From the NCBI RefSeq assembly GCF_048593235.1, contig NC_133622.1:16492001-16556000 (forward strand): a DNA stretch of 64,000 nt, read 5' to 3'. A program made the translations under genes and the position numbers. This document shows, piece by piece, positions 59,925-64,000 of this stretch (positions are counted from its first letter, which is position 1; every line of letters begins with the position of its first letter). Source of the DNA: Sminthopsis crassicaudata (lineage: Eukaryota). The notes beneath the pieces are model-generated. The model had not been told where the DNA came from and made no database searches. It was given only the letters and a program-made list of their open reading frames with translations.

Positions 59925-61141
59925 CTTCTTCTTCTTATTATTATTATTTTCTTATTAATTTTATAATTATAACATTTTTTAAATTTTTTTTTAAATTAAT
60001 TTTTATAATTATAACATTTTTTTTGACAGTACATATCCCTTGTACTCCCTTCTGTTCCGAATTTTTCCCCTCCTTCCCTTCACCCCCTCCCCTAGATGGC
60101 AGGCATTCCCATATATATTAAATATCTTATAGTATATCCTAGGTACATTATATATGTGCAGAACCGAATTTTGTTGTTGTTGTTGATGCAAAGGATGAAT
60201 TGTATTCGGAAGCTAAAAATAATCTGGGAAGAAAAACAAACAAAAAAAAATGCTCACAGTTTACACTCATTTCCCAGTGTTCCTTCTCTGGGTGTAGCTA
60301 ATTCTGTCCATCATTGATCCATTGGAATTGCATTAGCTCTTCTTTATGTTGAAGATATCCACTTCCATCAGAATACAGCCTCATACAGTATCATTGTTGA
60401 AGTGTATAATGATCTCCTAGTTCTGCTCGTTTCACTCAGCATCAGTTGATGTAAGTCTCTCCAGGCCTCTCTGTATTCCTCCTGCTGGTCATTTCTTACC
60501 GAGCAATAATATTCCATAACCTTCATATACCACAATTTACCCAACCATTCTCCAACTGATGGACATCCATTCATCTTCCAGTTTCTAGCTACAACAAAAA
60601 GAGCTGCCACAAACATTTTGGCACATACAGGTCCCTTTCCCTTCTTTAGTATTTCCTTGGGATATAAGCCCAGGAGTAGCACGGCTGGGTCAAAGGGTAT
60701 GCACATTTTGATAACTTTTTGGGCATAGTTCCAAATTGCTCTCCAGAATGGCTGGATTCTTTCACAACTCCACCAACAATGCATCAGTGTCCCAGTTTTC
60801 CCACAGCCCCTCCAACATTCATCGTTATTTGTTCCTGTCATCTTAATCAATCTGGCAGGTGTGCAGTGATATCTCAGAGTTGTCTTAATTTGCATTTCTC
60901 TGATCAGTAGTGATTTGGAACACTCTTTCATATGAGTGGAAATAGTTTCAATTTCATCATCTGAAAATTGTCTGTTCATATCCTTTGACCATTAAATTAT
61001 GGCATTTTTTGACAGTACATATGCATAGGCAATTTTTTTACAGCATTATCCCTTGTACTCCCTTCCCTTCCGAATTTTCCCCTCCTTCCCTCCACCCCTC
61101 CCTTAGTTGGCAGGCATTCCCATACATATTCAATATGTTAT
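59925..61141 (-). mobile_element. Composite young L1 insertion: ~1.07-kb 3' piece plus a second ~150-bp 3'-end piece inside one 12-bp TSD pair
   Basis: TCACTAATATAT at 59913-59924 and 61142-61153; ORF2 C-terminus open over 203 codons (60368-60979). Confidence 0.92.
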
Positions 61142-61539
61142 TCACTAATATATTTTGATATAATTAACCAAATCTCTCACTCCTTCAGTTTTCCCTTCTG
61201 TAAAACAAACATTGGTCATCTACTTGTGTTTGAACTGTGGTTATGGGGAATAATGCATGTAATGTCAAATATGGGAGGTATCTCTGAGGATTGTAAATCA
61301 GTATTAAGTGACTGAAAGACTAAAACTTTTTCCTTTCTATCTTTGTATCCCTAGCATCTTGCACAGAGTAAATACTTAACCTTGATTAGATTTAGAACTC
61401 AGTCCAGCCTCCCAAAGTGCAGTGATTGCTAATGTGAAGAAGAGAGAAAAAAGGTCACTAAAGACACCCTGATGGAAAAGTTGATCATGACAACATGCTG
61501 AATCAATGGTATCCTTATACGTTTCTAGATACAGTTATC

Positions 61540-61630
61540 CTTATTGGAGAAGGAAATGGTGAACCATTTCAGCATCTTTGGCAAGATAAGTCTTAGTAGA
61601 AACATGAAGAGTCTAACATGACTAAAATCC
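61540..61630 (+). mobile_element. RTE-related SINE (Mar1-like) 3' tail
   Basis: ggagaaggaaatggtgaaccatttcagcatctttggcaag...gaagagtctaacatgactaa. Confidence 0.6.
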
Positions 61631-62589
61631 ACAACCACATTCCTTCCACCTTACTTCACAAACTTTGATATTTAATCTGAGATCTGTGCCCTTTTCACAA
61701 GGAACTATGCCTGGACTTTTCAAATGAAACCTTTATCTCAGTCCCAAGATTTGCCCAGAAATGTTTTTAGAAATCACAGGCTTCTGAAACTAGAAGAGAG
61801 TCTTGCCAGATGCAACCCACGACTCTAGTGCAAGCCAAACCAGATTAAAAGGTAATTAGGACATATTTAACAAAATAAAAATAAAACAGAACATAGATAA
61901 TACATTTTAAAATACTATCTTGCCAGCAGGTCATGATTTAGTGGTCCCCTTTCCAATTTGAGTTTGGTAACATTGTTTTAGACTTCTGCTTTTTGGACCT
62001 GAACTACCTTCCAGCTTTATTTCCTAGGGCCTGCAACTGTGTGAACACACAAGGAAAGCTTTCAGGTATAAGGATAATGTACCAGTGTAAATAATGTTCA
62101 GCTGACTTCCAGTGTATTGCAGAGTCATCCAGTGGCCAGTAGAGGCATATATTCTTCCCAGGCACACTTGATATAGTTGTTGCTATCTGAAAAACAGGAA
62201 ATCAAAGTGAAAAAGAAGTCTAAAGCTTTGTTTAAAGATTTCCCTGGTGATGGGTGAATGAATGCCTGTAGAATCTGAGTTCTTCTGGTGTCCTGTAATT
62301 GCTCTGCCCCTGGTCACTTCAAGGTAGCCAGTGGCTCTGCTGAAGGAAAGCTAGCTGGAGAAGTCCTATAGAATTCATGGGAGTAGTTTATTGATGGGAT
62401 TCCTTTTTCAGATAGATGATTATTGATATCAGTGTAAGTCAGTTACACCTACCTAGCTGCTTTTAAATAATTTCTTTCCTCTCTCCTACCTTTCATTTGT
62501 TTATAGAGTGTCTGCTGGAGAACCATTTAGTTTTTCCAAGCTTTGCTTAGAAAACCAGACTCGTTTATTTTTTATCCTTGGCAAAAAAT

Positions 62590-62760
62590 CATAGATGATC
62601 TTTCTATGAGATTTTAAGGTTTTCACAGCACTTTACATACACATCTCCTGGAGCTTCACTTCCAGTTTTGAAACTGAAGAAGCAGAAGGTGAATGATTTA
62701 CCCACAATCACACCTCTGGAGTCTAGATTTGAACTTGAAGCTTCCTCCTGTCTCTGAGAC
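62590..62760 (-). mobile_element. MIR/CORE-SINE remnant
   Basis: tttacatacacatctc...gaaactgaag...tgatttacccacaatcacac...gatttgaacttgaagcttcct. Confidence 0.55.
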
Positions 62761-64000
62761 CAGCAGACATATGAATATTGCTTTTTCCTCCAATGTTTCA
62801 CAGAACTTCCCCTCCAGAAGGGAGATGGTAGAGAGGAGTAGGTCATGGTGGTTTGGCAAGGCTGGCACATGCCAGCTCTCTGAGTACCTTGCTGCTGAGT
62901 ACCTTAAGGACTGAGTGACCTTTCCATCTGACTTGAAGCTGAAACCTAGAATGAGGGCTTCGGAGCATTAATCTTGCTTTCTCTTCATATCCCCAGTGAT
63001 TTCACAGTAAGTGATTAGCAAATGATTTTTTTTTTCCATTCATGCATGTTATATTCCAGCCAAACCGGAATTAGTTACAAGTTGTTCTCTGTTCTCATAC
63101 TTGACTCTCCTGCTCCATTATTCAAGCAGGTAAACTGACCTTCCTCTCATATTTAGAATATACTGCTTTCTCCTGTTGAAATGCTCTTCATAGTCAATCA
63201 ATAAAAATGTATTAAGTGACTGTTAGGTGCCAAGTGATGCAGTGATGAGAATGCAAAAAAAGATAGCATTTTTTATTTTTGCCTTCAAGGAGCTTACAAT
63301 CTAATATATGGGGAAAGCTGAAAAAGGTGGGGGATGGGGGGTGGGGGGAACAGATACCTGGTTTGTATGCATGACAGGGAGGTAGGGTGCTGGTGGTAAG
63401 AAACAAGATGAAGTCTTGCAGCTGCAGAATTGGTTTCATGTTGCAGAATGATGAGTTTCTGGAGATCCTGAAGTCCAGCAGAGTAGCTATTAGGAAATGA
63501 GATCAGTGCCTTGTTCGTTCTCCTTAAATGGAAGATCTGGAGTTGGAGGGAACTCTCCAATCAATATCCCTTTCTCCAACCAGAAGGAGATAGGAACTCT
63601 AAGGGTGGGGTGAGGGGATGCTAAAGAGGTGAGTTACAAAGGTGATTTCAATTTGCATAATGATAATTTTGTGAAGAACATGAAGTCTAAGAGAGCAGCC
63701 AGGTGGGAAAACAGAAGGAAAAAATGGCAACAATCACAGCCAGAACTGCTGACTGTTATTAGAGAGAAAAGTCCTAGAAAATCTTTCTGTGCTCCAGAAA
63801 ATTGTAAAACTACCAATTAATAACTTTTGGTATACAGCTCTGAGCCCCTATCAAGGTAAACTATGCCAGAGTTGTGAAATCTCTTTCTCTTCACTCTCTC
63901 TCTGCTGCAGCTGTCCAATGACACACAAAGTTCAGTAATGCAACTGTTAAACCATGTGCTTCATAATAACTACCTTATTACCTGCTTAAATAAGCAGAAG

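Noticed and set aside
1-64000. CRISPR arrays, tRNA/rRNA genes, or SEL1L3 exons
   Set aside because: None seen. The sequence is marsupial genomic DNA, tRNA-like boxes occur only within SINE heads, and I recognised no SEL1L3 peptide.

Overview
Mammalian genomic DNA from a marsupial, most likely a dasyurid such as the Tasmanian devil (inferred from WSINE1-like CORE-SINEs, Mar1-like tails and marsupial L1 3' ends). It is a draft assembly with three N gaps. The window holds one intact protein-coding gene, SLC34A2 (NaPi-IIb, Na+/phosphate cotransporter), on the + strand: a TATA/CpG-island promoter at ~14.8 kb, a non-coding exon 1, and 12 coding exons from 20929 to 32709. All introns are GT-AG and the CDS is 2007 nt (668 aa), ending in the PDZ motif TAL. 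Downstream (39.8-49.8 kb, + strand) I found nine decayed exon remnants of ANAPC4 (APC/C subunit 4). They retain introns, so this is an unprocessed pseudogene, and it lies on the opposite side of SLC34A2 from where ANAPC4 sits in human. The SLC34A2 copy carries substitutions at positions implicated in Na+ binding and electrogenicity (D209N and A220G, human NaPi-IIa numbering) and a much shorter C-terminal cysteine string. My main hypothesis is a marsupial tandem segmental duplication of the ANAPC4-SLC34A2 block that left a dead ANAPC4 copy and a functionally diverged NaPi-IIb paralogue. The remainder is TE-rich: many 5'-truncated L1s with TSDs, a HAL1-like element, ERV1 pol remnants, solo LTRs, SINEs and L2/L3. 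All comparisons to reference proteins are from memory and need confirmation by alignment.
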